Assembly: GCA_947071285.1 (NCBI GenBank)
Contig: CAMTFK010000001.1
Location: 1 to 59,075, forward strand
Source: an uncultured Bacteroides sp.
GTDB taxonomy: Bacteria; Bacteroidota; Bacteroidia; Bacteroidales; Bacteroidaceae
Direction of reading: 5' to 3'
Length of the DNA: 59,075 nt
Below, piece by piece: positions 57,347-59,075 of this stretch. Made by a program: the position numbers and the translations under genes. Within the stretch, counting starts at the first letter, position 1, and each line of letters starts with the position of its first letter. The notes beneath the pieces are model-generated. The model ran no database searches, was not told the origin of the DNA, and saw nothing but the letters and a program-made list of their open reading frames with translations.

Positions 57347-59074
57347 TCATTGAGCAGTCAGTTCAATCACACGGCTCTGAGTTTGTCCTAAACCCAATAC
57401 ATCCAGACCGACTTTCATCAGATAATCACCGGAATATACTTTTCCATTAGCTACCAATCCGGAAGTTACAGCAGGCATCAGGTTGATTTCCTCCACTTTA
57501 TACTGTTTGTTCGGGTCCAGACCTTGCAATTTCACCGCCAGCAGCTTTTCCTGAAAGCGCGGATGAATGTCATAAGCAAACAGAACCGCCTTGTTTGTAT
57601 CTTTACTTACATAGTTCAGCGCCATATGATTCCCTTCGTATGGAGAAACCAAACGATACTGGTCACCGTCCATTATGGCGTTCTGGAGACGTTTCCAGTT
57701 GGCTACCGCTGTCTGGCAATAAGTCAGTTCATCGGCAGTAAGTTCTTTCAGACCGATATCGAAACCAAGTTTGCACATGGAGGCCACGTCGGTGCGGAAC
57801 TTTATGGAAGTCGCCTTGTTCCAACTCGTCACATGGGCATCCATAGCCTTTGCAGGAAAGAACTGGGAGAAGCCCCACTGGATATAAACACGTTCCACCG
57901 GATCGGTATTGTCACTACACCAGAATTCCGTAAAGTACTTCAATGCTTCATAATCGCACCGCGCACCGCCACCGGAGCAAAGCATCATCGGTACATTGGG
58001 ATAATTCGCCTTTACACGTTTCAGAACGTTGTATATACCACGCACATGGTCTATATAAAGTTGTCCCTGTTTGTCTTTCAGATAAGCAGAATAGATATTG
58101 GTGATGGGGCTGTTACAATCCCACTTGAAGAAAGCGACATCGGGATTTTCCTGCATAATGTTTTCTACAACACCATATACATAATCCTGCACTTTGGGGT
58201 TGCTAAGATCCAGTACCAACTGATTGCGGTAATAATACGTTTCGCGGTTAGGCAGTTGAATGGCCCAATCCGGATGTTTCTCAAAGAGTTCGCTCTTGGG
58301 GTTCACCATTTCCGGTTCAATCCAGATGCCGAACTTCACATCCGCATCTTTGGCAGCTTTTACTAAGGCGGGAATACCACCGGGCAGTTTATCATGGGTC
58401 ACTTCCCAATCGCCCAAACCGGCATGGTCATTCTTACGCGGGTATTTATTAGCAAACCAGCCATCGTCCAGCAAAAACATATCCACTCCCAAATGTTTGG
58501 CTTCCTTCATCAGTTCGGCAAGTATCTCCTGATTGAAATTGAAACCTGTATTTTCCCAGTTATTCAAAAGGGTCAGACGGCTGCCTTTACCATCTTTCAG
58601 ACTATAGTTGCGCGCCCATTCATGCAGATTGCGACTGCCTTGCGAAGCACCATCATGGCTCAAAGTGAAAATGAATTCGGGAGTGGTGAACACTTCATTC
58701 GGTTTCAGTTCGTAGTTCGATGCATAAGGGTTGATGGCAGGGATTACGCGGAGATTACCCACATTGTCCACTTCGAAAGTGAAACGGAAGTTGCCCGTCC
58801 AGCCCAGTGTACCCATCAAGACATCGCCCTGGTGTTCGTTCACCGGTTGGTCCAGTCCCACTTCAAAGAAGGGATGGGTGTGCATGGCAGCACGGCTTCC
58901 CAGCTTCGTGTCAATCACTTTCTTGCCAAACTGCAATTGCTGACTGCTCATCTGCGCTTCTTTCGCCCAGTCACTGCTGAACTCGGTCAGGTAATAGCTG
59001 GAATTATTGAAGTAGAGCATGGTGGAGGCATAGGTGGAGAGCATGACAGGTTTCTTCTCCTGATGCTTTATCTC
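57347..59074 (-). CDS. GH36 alpha-galactosidase, 5'-truncated by window edge
   Basis: LLNNWE, FLLDDGWF, GLGDW, FGIWIEPEMVN, KWDCN, CSGGGAR, WCSDNTD. The frame stays open to the edge (EIKHQEKKPVML). Confidence 0.95.
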   Translation of the reverse strand, partial: EIKHQEKKPVMLSTYASTMLYFNNSSYYLTEFSSDWAKEAQMSSQQLQFGKKVIDTKLGSRAAMHTHPFFEVGLDQPVNEHQGDVLMGTLGWTGNFRFTFEVDNVGNLRVIPAINPYASNYELKPNEVFTTPEFIFTLSHDGASQGSRNLHEWARNYSLKDGKGSRLTLLNNWENTGFNFNQEILAELMKEAKHLGVDMFLLDDGWFANKYPRKNDHAGLGDWEVTHDKLPGGIPALVKAAKDADVKFGIWIEPEMVNPKSELFEKHPDWAIQLPNRETYYYRNQLVLDLSNPKVQDYVYGVVENIMQENPDVAFFKWDCNSPITNIYSAYLKDKQGQLYIDHVRGIYNVLKRVKANYPNVPMMLCSGGGARCDYEALKYFTEFWCSDNTDPVERVYIQWGFSQFFPAKAMDAHVTSWNKATSIKFRTDVASMCKLGFDIGLKELTADELTYCQTAVANWKRLQNAIMDGDQYRLVSPYEGNHMALNYVSKDTNKAVLFAYDIHPRFQEKLLAVKLQGLDPNKQYKVEEINLMPAVTSGLVANGKVYSGDYLMKVGLDVLGLGQTQSRVIELTAQ

Positions 59075-59075
59075 G

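Overview
A Bacteroides-type chromosomal window, judged from the TAnnTTTG promoters, SusC/SusD pair, hybrid two-component systems (HTCS) and a prfC-rfbD-purL-uvrA-cstA-nifJ core. Bases 1-13.6 kb are a visibly AT-richer polysaccharide utilization locus (PUL) on the minus strand: ECF sigma, FecR anti-sigma, SusC, SusD, DUF3823-like lipoprotein, GH97, Tat-exported GH125 and a DUF2961/GH172 protein that runs off the left edge and is missing from the ORF track. GH125 plus GH172 suggests an alpha-mannan/D-arabinofuranose (lipoarabinomannan-like) target; this is inference. A candidate antisense sRNA sits at the susC start. A Na+-pumping decarboxylase operon follows, then a decayed variable patch (17.3-22.3 kb). 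That patch holds an HU-like gene, a 22-bp palindrome array, a 26-codon internally deleted paralog of a neighbouring regulator gene, an AAA-ATPase/PD-(D/E)XK gene and a GH84 pseudogene ending at a REP-like hairpin. Housekeeping genes come next. The right end has a PfkB kinase, a BT1754-like sugar-sensing HTCS, an atypical patatin and a GH36 alpha-galactosidase cut by the window edge. Three intergenic palindrome arrays with unrelated sequences share an exact 22-bp period. No rRNA, tRNA, CRISPR, transposase or integrase was seen. All calls come from motif recognition by eye, with no database search.
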